Of a DNA stretch of 64,000 nucleotides, positions 1 to 10,455 are shown in pieces. Source of the DNA: an uncultured Pseudomonadota bacterium (lineage in GTDB: Bacteria; Babelota; Babeliae; Babelales; UBA12411). The stretch lies in assembly GCA_964491895.1 (NCBI GenBank), contig CAZBHK010000004.1, positions 32,432 to 96,431 of the forward strand. Direction: 5' to 3'. Within the stretch, counting starts at the first letter, position 1. Each line of letters opens with the position of its first letter. The notes under the pieces were generated by a model. The model made no database searches and had not been told where the DNA came from. It saw only the letters and a program-made list of their open reading frames with translations. The position numbers and the translations under genes are program-made.

Positions 1-690
1 TTTATTACTCAACTTAAAGAATTTTTAAAGAAATATTCAAAATTATATGTGCTACTTATAAAAATTATTAGTCCAGTTTATCTTTTTAATACTAAACGAT
101 CATATATTCTAAAAAAATATTTAAATAAGAATGCTATTATTATAAATGTTGCTTCCGGAAATTTAATAATAAATGAAGAAATTATCAATATTGATTTTTT
201 GAATTATCCTACTACTGATATTGTTACAGATGCTACAAATTTATGTCTTAAAAATGATTCTGTTGATTTTGTTATAAATGAAGCAAGTTTAGAGCATATA
301 TATGATTATAAAAAGGTTGTTTTAGAAACATATAGAATTTTAAAAAATGGTGGAGAAGCATATTTTCTTATACCCTTTATTCAAGGGTATCATTCCAGTC
401 CAGATGATTTTTATAGATTTACTCCAAATGCCTTAGAAAGATTATTTAAGGAATGTGGATTTAAAGTTAAAAATATAAGTATAGTAGGTGGTGCTGCAAG
501 TGGCTTTCTTTGGATTTTAACAGAATTTTTAGCTATTACAATGAGTCTTGGATTATCATTCCTATATAATTTTTGGTTTTTATTTTTTACGTTAATATTA
601 TTTCCTATAAAGTTTTTAGACTTTTTTTTAAATAGAATTCCTTTTTCAAAAAATATAGCATCAGTTTTTAGTATAGTAGTTGAAAAATAG
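1..690 (+). CDS. class I SAM-dependent methyltransferase (type-11-like) with hydrophobic C-terminal tail; 5' end cut by window edge
   Basis: Frame 1 is open from base 1, with no stop before codon 49, so the gene probably starts upstream. Motifs 'IINVASGN', 'VDFVINEASLEHI' and 'ILKNGGEAYFLIP' follow the type-11 methyltransferase pattern. The last ~70 aa are strongly hydrophobic. Confidence 0.65.
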   Translation, partial: FITQLKEFLKKYSKLYVLLIKIISPVYLFNTKRSYILKKYLNKNAIIINVASGNLIINEEIINIDFLNYPTTDIVTDATNLCLKNDSVDFVINEASLEHIYDYKKVVLETYRILKNGGEAYFLIPFIQGYHSSPDDFYRFTPNALERLFKECGFKVKNISIVGGAASGFLWILTEFLAITMSLGLSFLYNFWFLFFTLILFPIKFLDFFLNRIPFSKNIASVFSIVVEK

Positions 691-695
691 GAGGA

Positions 696-2360
696 TTGAT
701 GGAAAAATTAAAAACAAGTATTGGCGTATTGCTGGTCATTTTTATAACATTTTGTTTTTTAGTGATACCATATAAAAATATAAGTTTTGATTCTGACACA
801 TTAGGATTTATTTACCATTTTTCCCAACTTAAAAGTCTTTCTGGGTTAATGAATTCTATGTCGGGAAAGCTTGAGGCAGCACATGCTTCATTAAATGTTG
901 AATTAGGTAAAATTAATGCTCTTTCATACTATAGACCATTATTACACCCCTTTTATTATTTTTTAGTTAAATTTTTTGGAACAAATCCATATCCATATTT
1001 TTTATTAGCGAGTTTATTTCATGCGATAGTTGCAGGCATGGTCTTTTATATATTTTTATTATTTTTAGATTATATATGGGCTTTTTTATTGGCATTATTA
1101 TTTGCCTTTCATCCGGCATTGACCGAAACTATGCTGGGCAGTACATGTATGCTAACGCAGATTTATGTATTAGTTTTTATAGCAATAATTTTATATATAA
1201 AATATATACGAACTAACAATAATAAATTTTATTTATTATCATCATTTTTTTATTTATTGGCATTATTTTTTTATGAAATTCCATTTGCTTTGCCTGGTAT
1301 TCCTTTTTTATATTTTTTATTATTTGATAGGTCTAATTTAATCAAAAAAACTTGGTTATTATTTTTTGTTAATTTATTTTACGGGGTTGTTAGAATTTTG
1401 CTTTTGGGATTACCTTCTGGTGGAAAAACTCTTGATCTTTTACCTATACTTTCAAATTTTAAAAGTACTCTAATACTTTGGAAATTAACCTTAAAATCAT
1501 TTTTAGGTATGGTAGCTATGCCTAATTTTATTACGGCATTGATAACTTTATTTTTAGTTGTATTAGTATGTTTGTTTTTAATATATCAATCAGATCAAAG
1601 AAAGATTATGTTGTTTTATATAGGTTCTTTTATTATTGCTTCATGGGCGGTTGTTTTAGGGTATGGTTGCCAAACTAGATATTTATATATGGGGATACCA
1701 TTTTTTGTTTTAATTTTGTATGAATTGGTAACTTTTGTAGTTAAATATATTCCAGTTAAGTCAAAGTCATTATTCAAAGGTGGTATTTTATTTATTTTGC
1801 TTCTATGTAGTGTTATATATGCTTCTCTTAGCTTAAGAAAGCTTGAATCATATACACATGCAAGAGATTTAGCTTTTATTCACTTGGCTGATAAGGCACC
1901 CTATTATAAAGGAAAAAAAATAATATTTTTAGGAAATTTGGTATATTCTGATTATATGATATTTCCATTGGGTTCTGGAATGACTCAGGCCGCAAGATTT
2001 TTCTTAAAAGACCCAAATTTACTAGCATATCATGTTTTAGAGGCTAATTTTTATAGTAAAAATCAACCTAAAGATAATTTTTATATAAAGCCTATTAAGA
2101 ATGGTTATAGATTTATTTCTCCAAACCCTGAGCTTTATAATTTTATATGTTCTCATTCATTAAAGGAAGGAGATACTAAGGAGTTTTTTATGGGAATTAT
2201 GTATATAAATAAAAAATTTAGTGTTTGGCAAGCGAGTGATATCTCATTTGTCTTTGATCAAAAGTGGTTAAATTTGGCACAATCGAAAGAAATTATTTTT
2301 TTAAGTTGGGATATGGTAAAACAACAATTTATAGAACTAAATAGCCGGCACTTATATTAG
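696..2360 (+). CDS. polytopic GT-C-fold glycosyltransferase (PMT_2/TMTC-like), paralog A
   Basis: 554 aa with more than 10 hydrophobic segments. An acidic motif 'FDSDT' follows TM1, then 'YYRPL' and 'GTNPYPYFLLASLFHAIVAGMVFY'. This resembles the F-x-DD / YRP / NP-x-x-YH-L-x-N-LLLH pattern of bacterial TMTC/PMT-like GT-C enzymes. The soluble C-terminal domain has no TPR. Confidence 0.55.
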   Translation: MMEKLKTSIGVLLVIFITFCFLVIPYKNISFDSDTLGFIYHFSQLKSLSGLMNSMSGKLEAAHASLNVELGKINALSYYRPLLHPFYYFLVKFFGTNPYPYFLLASLFHAIVAGMVFYIFLLFLDYIWAFLLALLFAFHPALTETMLGSTCMLTQIYVLVFIAIILYIKYIRTNNNKFYLLSSFFYLLALFFYEIPFALPGIPFLYFLLFDRSNLIKKTWLLFFVNLFYGVVRILLLGLPSGGKTLDLLPILSNFKSTLILWKLTLKSFLGMVAMPNFITALITLFLVVLVCLFLIYQSDQRKIMLFYIGSFIIASWAVVLGYGCQTRYLYMGIPFFVLILYELVTFVVKYIPVKSKSLFKGGILFILLLCSVIYASLSLRKLESYTHARDLAFIHLADKAPYYKGKKIIFLGNLVYSDYMIFPLGSGMTQAARFFLKDPNLLAYHVLEANFYSKNQPKDNFYIKPIKNGYRFISPNPELYNFICSHSLKEGDTKEFFMGIMYINKKFSVWQASDISFVFDQKWLNLAQSKEIIFLSWDMVKQQFIELNSRHLY

Positions 2361-2370
2361 GAGATTAATA

Positions 2371-4035
2371 ATGAATAAAGCTATGATTGCTAGTTTATTG
2401 GCTATATTTGTATTTATTTTTTTTATACCTTATCCAAAAATAGGATTTGATTCAGATACATTTGGGTTAATGGATTATTGTTCTAAGATTGATACTAAAG
2501 AAGAATTTATACACTCTTTATTTAGGCCATTGAGAATACAATTATCCTATGAGCCTCTTAATGAGCAAAAAAAATATGAAAATACTGTTTATATTAATCA
2601 ATATTATAGGCCTATTCTATTTTTAGCACATTTTTTATGTTATAAGGCGTTTGGTTTTAATCCATATGCTTATTTTTTAATAAGTATTCTTTTGCATACA
2701 GTTGTTGCTTCTTTGGTATATTTGATTTTTTCATTTTTTTTAACAAACTTATGGGCTATATTGCTTGCTTTAATTTTTGCAATGCATCCAGTCATGGTTC
2801 CTTCTTTTATAGGTCTGACTTGTGCTATACTCCCAGTTTATCTTCTTTTGTCAGTTTCGGTTTTCTTATATTTTTATTATTTTTTTTATGGGAATGTTAA
2901 ATATTATTTTTTATCAGGCCTATTTTATTTTTTATCATTGTTTGCGTATGAATTACCTATAGCCTTACCGGCTATAATAATAGTTTATTTCTTATTATTT
3001 AATATTAAAAATGTTGTTCGACAATCATGGCTTTTTATTGTTTTAACACTCGTATATTATTTTATTAGGTCAGCTTTGATAGGGCATGATATAAACCCTT
3101 TTGCTCAAGTTACTCTTTTTTCTATTGTAAAGGGAGTATTATTTAATTGGTATCAAGCTGTAAAGCCGTTTTTGGGTCTGACTCAGTCTAATAACATATT
3201 AGTTGTTTTGGTTGTCTTATTATTTGGTTCTCTTTTAGTGTTTCAATTTATTTTTCAGCCTGCTAATAGGAAAAAAATATTTTTTTATATTAGTGCCTTT
3301 TTATTGGCATCATGGCCGGTGTCACTATGTTATCCTATAGGAAGGTATTTTTATACAGCTATTCCATTTTTTTGTTTAATTTTATTTGATTTATTTGTGT
3401 TTTTATCAACATTTATAAAAAAAGGCTATAGAAAAAAGTTTGTTTTTATTAGTTTATTAATGGTTATTTTTTGGAGTGGATATAGGTCGGTTTATTGTTT
3501 ATTAAGACGAGAAAATTATACGCATAGGCGAGATTTAGCTTTTCAAGAATTAACAAAAAAATATTCTTCTAATAATAATATTGTATATTTGGGGGTGCTT
3601 CATGCTTATAATGATGAAATTTTCTTAATGCAATCTGGAATGACTCAGGCAACGCGCTTTTTTTTCAATAATTCCAATATGCTTGTTTATCATGTCATAG
3701 AGTCAAAATTCTATAGTAAATATGATACGGAGAAAATGTTTGATATTATACCTGTAAATGGTGGGTATCGATTTGTATCTTCAGACTCTGATAATCTTTT
3801 TATAATGAGTCCACATTTATGGAAAGAAGGTAAAAAAATTGAGTTTTCAATGGGTAGCATAATTCCTAATAAGAAATATAGTTGTTGGCAATCGACTGAT
3901 GTATCGTTTATTTTTGATCAACAATGGAGAGATCAAAATTTTTTGAAAAACACTGTTTTCTTATCTTGGGATATGGTTAATTGGAAGTTTATAGAACTTG
4001 ATAAAAAGCATTTACTTATTAAGGATGATAAGTGA
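2371..4035 (+). CDS. polytopic GT-C-fold glycosyltransferase (PMT_2/TMTC-like), paralog B
   Basis: Also exactly 554 aa and colinear with the upstream gene: 'FDSDT', 'YYRPI', 'GFNPYAYFLISILLHTVVASLVY', and the C-terminal blocks 'SGMTQA.RFF', 'GYRF.S' and 'FLSWDMV...FIEL'. SD-like 'aggag' lies upstream of the ATG. Confidence 0.55.
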   Translation: MNKAMIASLLAIFVFIFFIPYPKIGFDSDTFGLMDYCSKIDTKEEFIHSLFRPLRIQLSYEPLNEQKKYENTVYINQYYRPILFLAHFLCYKAFGFNPYAYFLISILLHTVVASLVYLIFSFFLTNLWAILLALIFAMHPVMVPSFIGLTCAILPVYLLLSVSVFLYFYYFFYGNVKYYFLSGLFYFLSLFAYELPIALPAIIIVYFLLFNIKNVVRQSWLFIVLTLVYYFIRSALIGHDINPFAQVTLFSIVKGVLFNWYQAVKPFLGLTQSNNILVVLVVLLFGSLLVFQFIFQPANRKKIFFYISAFLLASWPVSLCYPIGRYFYTAIPFFCLILFDLFVFLSTFIKKGYRKKFVFISLLMVIFWSGYRSVYCLLRRENYTHRRDLAFQELTKKYSSNNNIVYLGVLHAYNDEIFLMQSGMTQATRFFFNNSNMLVYHVIESKFYSKYDTEKMFDIIPVNGGYRFVSSDSDNLFIMSPHLWKEGKKIEFSMGSIIPNKKYSCWQSTDVSFIFDQQWRDQNFLKNTVFLSWDMVNWKFIELDKKHLLIKDDK

Positions 4036-5198
4036 AAGTAGCTATCTCTGTAGGCGGTAGATTTTATGCTTTGCATCTTGCTCATCATTTGCAAAAACGT
4101 AACTATTTGCATGCATTATTTACAGCTTCATATCATCAAAAAGATGAAGCATATATATCAAAAAATTTTGTTTATAATAATCGGTCATTAAGGTTACTTG
4201 ATACATTATATGATAAGTTGCGTTTATCATATTTTATACCGTCTTCGCCATGGTATGTCTTTAAAGATAATTTATTTGATGAATGGGTGAAAAAAAGATT
4301 GGAAATAATAGAGCCGCCAGATATCTTTGTTGGTTGGTCTAACTATTGTTTAAAAACTATACCTATTGCTAAAAAAATTGGTTCGAAAGTTATTGTAGAA
4401 TCGGCTTCTTCTCATATTTTATATAAAGCTAATCTTTTGCAAGAGGAATATACAAGATTTGGTGTAAATTTTGAGCCTGTTTCTAAAAAAAATTCTGATA
4501 AGATGCTTCAAGAATATGAAGAAGCTGAACATATTATTGTTCCATCTAAATTTGTTTACGAAAGCTTTGTTTCCCAAGGTATTAGCAAAGATAAACTTCT
4601 TAGAATACCAACAGGTTGCGGTGTTAATTTAAGTTTATTTCATGGTAAAATTAGAAAAAAAGTAAATAAGTTTCGAGTTATTTTTGTTGGTTTGGTTGGT
4701 TTGCGTAAAGGTATTCAATATTTATTAGATGCATGGGAGCAATTAGATCTTCCGAGTTCTAAGGCTGAATTGCTTATTGTTGGTGTTATTGAAAAAAACT
4801 TTGTTGATTTTCTAAGAAAAAGAAAAAAATTAAATAATGTAATTTTTTATGGTGGAATTCAACAAGAAAGGCTTATAGATTTATATTGTAATTCATCTGT
4901 ATTTATTTTACCTTCTATAGAAGAGGGCCTTGCCTTGGTTCAGGCAGAAGCTATGGCTGCCGGATTACCAATTATTGGTACAACTAATACTGGATGTAGT
5001 GAGTTAATTGAAAATAACAAGGAAGGATTTATTTTGCCTATAAGAGATTCAAAAGCAATAGCTGAAAAATTGTTATGGTGTTATAACAACCAAGATGAAT
5101 GTTTTGAAATGGGCCTATTGGCACAGCAACGGGTACAGGAATTTACTTGGGAATGTTTTGGAGATAAGGTAATAGAGGCCTATAAATCTATTTTATAA
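4032..5198 (+). CDS. glycosyltransferase family 4 (GT-B)
   Basis: GTG start overlaps the upstream stop by 4 nt. E-x7-E motif 'EEGLALVQAEAMAAGLPIIGTTNTGCSELIENNKEGFILP'. Confidence 0.8.
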   Translation: MKVAISVGGRFYALHLAHHLQKRNYLHALFTASYHQKDEAYISKNFVYNNRSLRLLDTLYDKLRLSYFIPSSPWYVFKDNLFDEWVKKRLEIIEPPDIFVGWSNYCLKTIPIAKKIGSKVIVESASSHILYKANLLQEEYTRFGVNFEPVSKKNSDKMLQEYEEAEHIIVPSKFVYESFVSQGISKDKLLRIPTGCGVNLSLFHGKIRKKVNKFRVIFVGLVGLRKGIQYLLDAWEQLDLPSSKAELLIVGVIEKNFVDFLRKRKKLNNVIFYGGIQQERLIDLYCNSSVFILPSIEEGLALVQAEAMAAGLPIIGTTNTGCSELIENNKEGFILPIRDSKAIAEKLLWCYNNQDECFEMGLLAQQRVQEFTWECFGDKVIEAYKSIL

Positions 5199-5208
5199 GG
5201 AGAGATTA

Positions 5209-5391
5209 ATGATCAAACAATTGTTTAAAATATTGCTGGTATGTGTTTTATTTATACCTAATCTTTATGGTTATATAGATCCAGGTTCAGGAAGTTTGAT
5301 TTTTCAGTTGTTAATAGCTGGTTTGGCTGGATCTTTATATGCAGTTAAGGTTTTTTGGAAACAAATTAAAACTTTTTTCGTTAAGAAGTAG
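5209..5391 (+). CDS. small membrane protein (two hydrophobic helices, 'IDPGSGS' motif)
   Basis: Strong SD 'taaggagag' 5 nt before the ATG. 60 aa with two hydrophobic stretches, tightly packed between neighbouring genes. Confidence 0.5.
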   Translation: MIKQLFKILLVCVLFIPNLYGYIDPGSGSLIFQLLIAGLAGSLYAVKVFWKQIKTFFVKK

Positions 5392-5394
5392 TTT

Positions 5395-6765
5395 ATGAAT
5401 ATTTCTAGAGTAGAGGCTTCATTTAGGGATCCTAGTGGGTTTCTTTTTTGGAAAGATTCTAATTTATATAGACAAATTAATGAGATTTATCGTAGTGATT
5501 ATGATTTATTAATGTCATCTGGTTTATATAATGAATTAACTAAAGAATTTTTACTTATATCGCATGAAGAAATTGATAGTTTTGTAAAGAATACAGGTTG
5601 TTATAAGATTATAAAACCTGATTTTATTCCCTTGATTTCTTATCCATACGAGTGGTCATTTAGTCAACTTAAGGATGCTGCATTATTAACCCTTAAAATT
5701 CAGCAAATTGCTTTGAAATATGGTATGACGTTGAAGGATTGTTCCGCCTACAATGTGCAATTTAAAAATGGAAAACCAATTTTTATAGACACATTGTCTT
5801 TTGAGAGATATGAAGGACAACCTTGGGTTGCATATAAGCAGTTTTGTCAACATTTTTTTGCACCACTTGCTCTACTTTGTAAAAAAGATTATCGATTAGG
5901 TCAGTTACTACGTGTTTATATAGATGGAATCCCATTAGATTTGGCTTCTTCATTATTATCATTTAAAACATATTTTAATATTTCTATTTTATTACATATT
6001 CATTTACATGGTAAAAGTCAGAAACATTATGGAAATGTAGGTGCTACAAAAAAAACTATAATGAGTTTAAATTCTTTGTTAGGTATTATAGATAGTTTAG
6101 AGTCAGGTATAAAAAAATTTACTTGGAGGGCTAATGGTACTGAATGGGTTGATTATTATGAAGGTGATAGTTATACAACGGATGGCTTTTTAGAAAAAAA
6201 ACAGATTGTGTCTAGTTATTTGGACATAGTTGCTCCTCAAACTTTATGGGATTTAGGGGCAAATGATGGGGCGTTTAGCCGATTGGCATCTAGTAAGGGT
6301 ATTGAAACAATATCTTTTGATATAGATGCTGCTTGTGTCGATAATAACTATAACAATATTAAGGTTACTAAAGAAATGTTGGTTTTACCGTTGATACTTG
6401 ACCTTGTAAATCCTAGCCCTGGGATTGGTTGGGATAATATTGAACGTTTTTCTATCAAACAAAGAGGACCAGTAGATTTAGTTATGGCTTTGGCATTAAT
6501 ACATCACTTAGCAATATCTAATAATATTCCATTGTTGCATATAGCTAGATATTTTAGGGATTTGGGTGAATGGCTTATTATTGAGTTTGTCCCTAAAGAT
6601 GATAAAAAGGTTCAAAAATTGCTTTCTAGTAGAAAAGATGTTTTCTATAACTATACTACAGAATATTTTGAAGAAATATTTAAACAATATTTTGATATAA
6701 AAATTAATTCTAACATTAAGGATTCTTTAAGGGTTTTATATTTAATGAGACGTAAACATGTCTAA
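5395..6765 (+). CDS. two-domain SAM-dependent methyltransferase
   Basis: The C-terminal half carries '[14 protein letters not shown]...ETISFDID' (SAM motif I / acidic post-I) and '[13 protein letters not shown]'. I do not recognise the N-terminal domain. Confidence 0.6.
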   Translation: MNISRVEASFRDPSGFLFWKDSNLYRQINEIYRSDYDLLMSSGLYNELTKEFLLISHEEIDSFVKNTGCYKIIKPDFIPLISYPYEWSFSQLKDAALLTLKIQQIALKYGMTLKDCSAYNVQFKNGKPIFIDTLSFERYEGQPWVAYKQFCQHFFAPLALLCKKDYRLGQLLRVYIDGIPLDLASSLLSFKTYFNISILLHIHLHGKSQKHYGNVGATKKTIMSLNSLLGIIDSLESGIKKFTWRANGTEWVDYYEGDSYTTDGFLEKKQIVSSYLDIVAPQTLWDLGANDGAFSRLASSKGIETISFDIDAACVDNNYNNIKVTKEMLVLPLILDLVNPSPGIGWDNIERFSIKQRGPVDLVMALALIHHLAISNNIPLLHIARYFRDLGEWLIIEFVPKDDKKVQKLLSSRKDVFYNYTTEYFEEIFKQYFDIKINSNIKDSLRVLYLMRRKHV

Positions 6766-7738
6766 AAAAGTATTGGTAACTGGTGGAGCTGGTTTTTTAG
6801 GGAGCAACCTGGTTCGTAGATTATTAAAATTAGGTTATCATGTTGTAGTTTTAGATAATTTAAGTACTGGAAGTTATTCAAATATAAAGGACTTAGAAGG
6901 TTATTCTACTTTTGAATTTATTAAACATGATATTATTAATCCAATAAATTTAGATGTAGATCAAATTTTTAACCTTGCTTGTCCAGCATCACCACCTAGA
7001 TATCAAATGGATCCAATTCAGACAATGAAGACCTGTGTTTTGGGATGTTTGAATATGCTTGAATTAGCTAAATTAAACAAGGCTTCTTTTTTGCAGGCCT
7101 CTACTAGTGAAGTGTATGGTGATCCTAATATACATCCACAAATAGAATCATATCGTGGAAATGTTAATCCAATTGGTATTCGAGCTTGTTATGATGAAGG
7201 AAAACGTTGTGCTGAAACCTTATGTTTTGATTATAAAAGACAGTGTGGTGTTAATATAAAGATTGTTCGTATTTTTAATACATATGGTCCTTATATGGAT
7301 CCTTTAGATGGTAGAGTTGTAAGTAATTTTATTATTAATGCGCTTAAGGGAAATGATTTAGAAGTTTATGGAAATGGTTCTCAAACACGTTCTTTTTGTT
7401 ATGTAGATGATATGGTTGATGGTTTAATTAAAATGATGGAATATTCAGGAACTGGGCCCATTAATCTTGGTAATCCAGAGGAGTTTACTATTAAGGAATT
7501 AGCAGATAAGATAGTGAATCTATTTAATAATATTAAAATAATTTACACGCAGCTACCTGAGGATGATCCTCTTAGGCGTAAACCTGATATTGGTTTGGCT
7601 AAAAAATTTTTAGAATGGGAGCCAAATATTTCATTGGATCAAGGCTTACAAAGTACAATAACCTATTTTAGAGAAATACAATTAGAGCATGCATTAGGCA
7701 TGCCACATGATTTATATAATAAGGCAAATGTATTTTGA
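6758..7738 (+). CDS. uxs: UDP-glucuronate decarboxylase (UDP-xylose synthase), SDR family
   Basis: '[14 protein letters not shown]' Rossmann motif, '[29 protein letters not shown]' with Y-x3-K, and 'RIFNTYGP'. Confidence 0.85.
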   Translation: MSKKVLVTGGAGFLGSNLVRRLLKLGYHVVVLDNLSTGSYSNIKDLEGYSTFEFIKHDIINPINLDVDQIFNLACPASPPRYQMDPIQTMKTCVLGCLNMLELAKLNKASFLQASTSEVYGDPNIHPQIESYRGNVNPIGIRACYDEGKRCAETLCFDYKRQCGVNIKIVRIFNTYGPYMDPLDGRVVSNFIINALKGNDLEVYGNGSQTRSFCYVDDMVDGLIKMMEYSGTGPINLGNPEEFTIKELADKIVNLFNNIKIIYTQLPEDDPLRRKPDIGLAKKFLEWEPNISLDQGLQSTITYFREIQLEHALGMPHDLYNKANVF

Positions 7739-7745
7739 ATAAATT

Positions 7746-9476
7746 ATGAAATTAACTTATTTGTTTAGTATTTTTCTTAATAAAAAAGATAAAATAACAT
7801 TAGTTAGTTTATTGTTGTTTTCAGTATTTATAGCCGTTATAGAAATGGCAAGTATTTCTATTGTTATGCCATTTATTTCTTTAGCTACTAATTTTGAATT
7901 AATTCATAGTGGATACTTAAAATTAATTTATGATTTTTTACACTGTTCTTCCGCAGTATCGTTTATTATGATTTTAAGTGTTTTATTATCAGGATTTTAT
8001 TTTTTTAGAACTATATTAAATGTCATCTTTATATACGTTCTTACACGTTTTTCTCAAGAGAAATATCATGATATTGCATTTAGTCTTTTTCAAAATTATT
8101 TAGGATTGGAGTATAAAGATTTTACAGCTAAAAATTCTGCTATAATGTATAAAAAAATTATTACTGATTCAGGTCATATTAATCAGATACTATCATCTAT
8201 ATTAATGATCTTATCTGAAATTTTTACTGTTAGTTTAATCTATTTTATGTTGATTTGGTTTAATTGGAAAATGACAATATGTTTCACCTTATTATTGCTA
8301 TCTAGTGTAGTTATTGTGGTTAAACCATTTTTTTCTAAAATTGCTGAGCAAGGGGAAAAAGGTGGTTATTTTATGACTAGTCTTTATAGGTTATTTACTG
8401 AAACCTTTGGTAATTTTAAACTTATAAAGTTTATATCTAATGAAAAATATATTTTGGATAGATTTGAAAGTTTTAGTTTGGGTTTAGCAAAAGCTAGTAC
8501 TTATAACGTTACTTTTCAATATTTACCTAGGTTACTATTAGAGTTGATTGGTTTTTTTTTATTAATGGGTTCTATATCATATGGTTTATATACTTTTAAA
8601 GATGTATCACTTGTCATGCCGATTATTTCTTTATATGCAGTTTCATTTTATAGAATACTTCCTTCTGTGAATAAAATTTTAACTAATTATAATCAAATAA
8701 TTTTTTGTAAAAGTGCTATAGATAATTATGAAAGTTTTTCTCAAGAACGATTAAATACAGTCTTTTTACCGATTATTTTTAAACAAAATATACAATTGTC
8801 TAATTTAACATTTGGATACTCTTTAGAAAAAATTCTTTTTAATAATGTTAACTTAGAAATTATTAAGGGGGAAAAGATTGGCATAATAGGTGAAAGTGGT
8901 GTTGGTAAAAGTACTTTGGTTGATCTTTTAACTGGGATATATCTACCCTATATCGGTAAAATTTTAGTTGATGGTATTGAATTAAATGTTATGACAAGAA
9001 CTGCTTGGTGGAGTAAGGTTGGTTATATACCGCAAGATACTTATTTGTTTGATGGGACAGTTGAAGAAAATGTTGTTTTTGGAAGAGTTTTTGATAAAGA
9101 TCAATTGATTAATGTATTAAAGCAAGCCAATATTTATGAATTTTTACTTACAAAAGATGGCATTAATACCAAAGTAGGAGAAGGCGGTATTCAATTAAGT
9201 GGCGGACAAAAACAAAGAATTTCTATTGCTAGAGCTTTATATTCCAAACCAGAAGTTTTGGTGTTAGATGAAGCGACATCTGCTTTGGATTTAGATACAG
9301 AGGCTAAAATTATGAAAGAAATATATGATAATAGTTTTGATAGGACATTAATTATTATTACCCATAGGATTAATACTATTATAAAGTGTAATAAAATATA
9401 CAAAATTGAAGGTGGTAGTTTATTTTTACTTCCCCATAATACATTGAATTATAAAGGGGCACTTACTAATGTTTAA
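7746..9476 (+). CDS. ABC exporter, fused permease/ATPase (MsbA/PglK/Wzk type)
   Basis: N-terminal six-helix TMD. Walker A 'GESGVGKST', signature 'LSGGQKQRISIARAL', Walker B 'VLVLDEATSALD'. Confidence 0.85.
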   Translation: MKLTYLFSIFLNKKDKITLVSLLLFSVFIAVIEMASISIVMPFISLATNFELIHSGYLKLIYDFLHCSSAVSFIMILSVLLSGFYFFRTILNVIFIYVLTRFSQEKYHDIAFSLFQNYLGLEYKDFTAKNSAIMYKKIITDSGHINQILSSILMILSEIFTVSLIYFMLIWFNWKMTICFTLLLLSSVVIVVKPFFSKIAEQGEKGGYFMTSLYRLFTETFGNFKLIKFISNEKYILDRFESFSLGLAKASTYNVTFQYLPRLLLELIGFFLLMGSISYGLYTFKDVSLVMPIISLYAVSFYRILPSVNKILTNYNQIIFCKSAIDNYESFSQERLNTVFLPIIFKQNIQLSNLTFGYSLEKILFNNVNLEIIKGEKIGIIGESGVGKSTLVDLLTGIYLPYIGKILVDGIELNVMTRTAWWSKVGYIPQDTYLFDGTVEENVVFGRVFDKDQLINVLKQANIYEFLLTKDGINTKVGEGGIQLSGGQKQRISIARALYSKPEVLVLDEATSALDLDTEAKIMKEIYDNSFDRTLIIITHRINTIIKCNKIYKIEGGSLFLLPHNTLNYKGALTNV

Positions 9477-10455
9477 TTATAAATCAATTTTGATAACAGG
9501 GGGAACTGGTTCCTTTGGAAAGAAGTTTATAGAGACTATACTTGAAAATTATTCCCATATAGAGAAAATTATAGTTTTTTCTAGAGATGAGTATAAACAA
9601 TTTCAAATGGCAAATACAGAACCGTTTAAAAATGACAGTAGATTAAGATTCTTTATAGGTGATGTCCGTGATAGAGATAGATTATACCGTGCATTTAATG
9701 GTGTTGATGTTGTTATACATGCTGCGGCATTAAAACAGGTGCCATCTTGTGAATATAATCCATTTGAAGCCATTAAAACTAATGTTTTAGGTGCGCAAAA
9801 TGTTATAGATGCTGCTATAGATAGAAATGTTAAAAGAGTCATCGCATTAAGTACGGACAAGGCATGTTCTCCAATAAATTTATATGGTGCAACAAAATTA
9901 TGTTCAGATAAATTATTTGTTGCTGGTAATGTATACGCAGGCTCTTCCAATACAAGGTTTTCTGTTGTTAGATATGGTAATGTTATTGGTAGTCGTGGTT
10001 CTGTCATTCCATTTTTTAAAGAATTGCTTCAGGTTGGAGCTCAAGAGCTTCCTATAACTGATTATAGGATGACTAGATTTTGGTTAAAACTTGAAGAGGC
10101 TGTAGAAATGGTTCTTAAGGCTTTGGATATTATGCAAGGTGGTGAAATTTTTGTTAAAAAAGTTCCCTCTATGAAAATTATTGATTTGGCTAGTGTAATA
10201 GCACCTGATAAAAAACTTAAAGAGATTGGTATACGTCCTGGTGAAAAACTTCATGAGTTGTTAATTTCAGGTGAGGATGCTTTGCATACAGTAGATTCCG
10301 GTGATTATTTTACTATTTATCCCAGTTACAAGCTGCCATATGTTGTATTTAATAATAAAAAGCATTTTTTAAATAATGAGTTTGAATATAGCAGCGAAAC
10401 AAATGATCGATGGATAAGTCAATCAGAAATGCGGGCTATGATCAATGAGCTATAA
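9469..10455 (+). CDS. pseB: UDP-N-acetylglucosamine 4,6-dehydratase (inverting), PseB/FlaA1 type
   Basis: 'ILITGGTGSFGKKF', 'FSRDEYKQ', 'GDVRD', 'HAAALKQVPSCEYNP', 'STDKACSPINLYGATK'. Short soluble form of 328 aa. Confidence 0.85.
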   Translation: MFNYKSILITGGTGSFGKKFIETILENYSHIEKIIVFSRDEYKQFQMANTEPFKNDSRLRFFIGDVRDRDRLYRAFNGVDVVIHAAALKQVPSCEYNPFEAIKTNVLGAQNVIDAAIDRNVKRVIALSTDKACSPINLYGATKLCSDKLFVAGNVYAGSSNTRFSVVRYGNVIGSRGSVIPFFKELLQVGAQELPITDYRMTRFWLKLEEAVEMVLKALDIMQGGEIFVKKVPSMKIIDLASVIAPDKKLKEIGIRPGEKLHELLISGEDALHTVDSGDYFTIYPSYKLPYVVFNNKKHFLNNEFEYSSETNDRWISQSEMRAMINEL

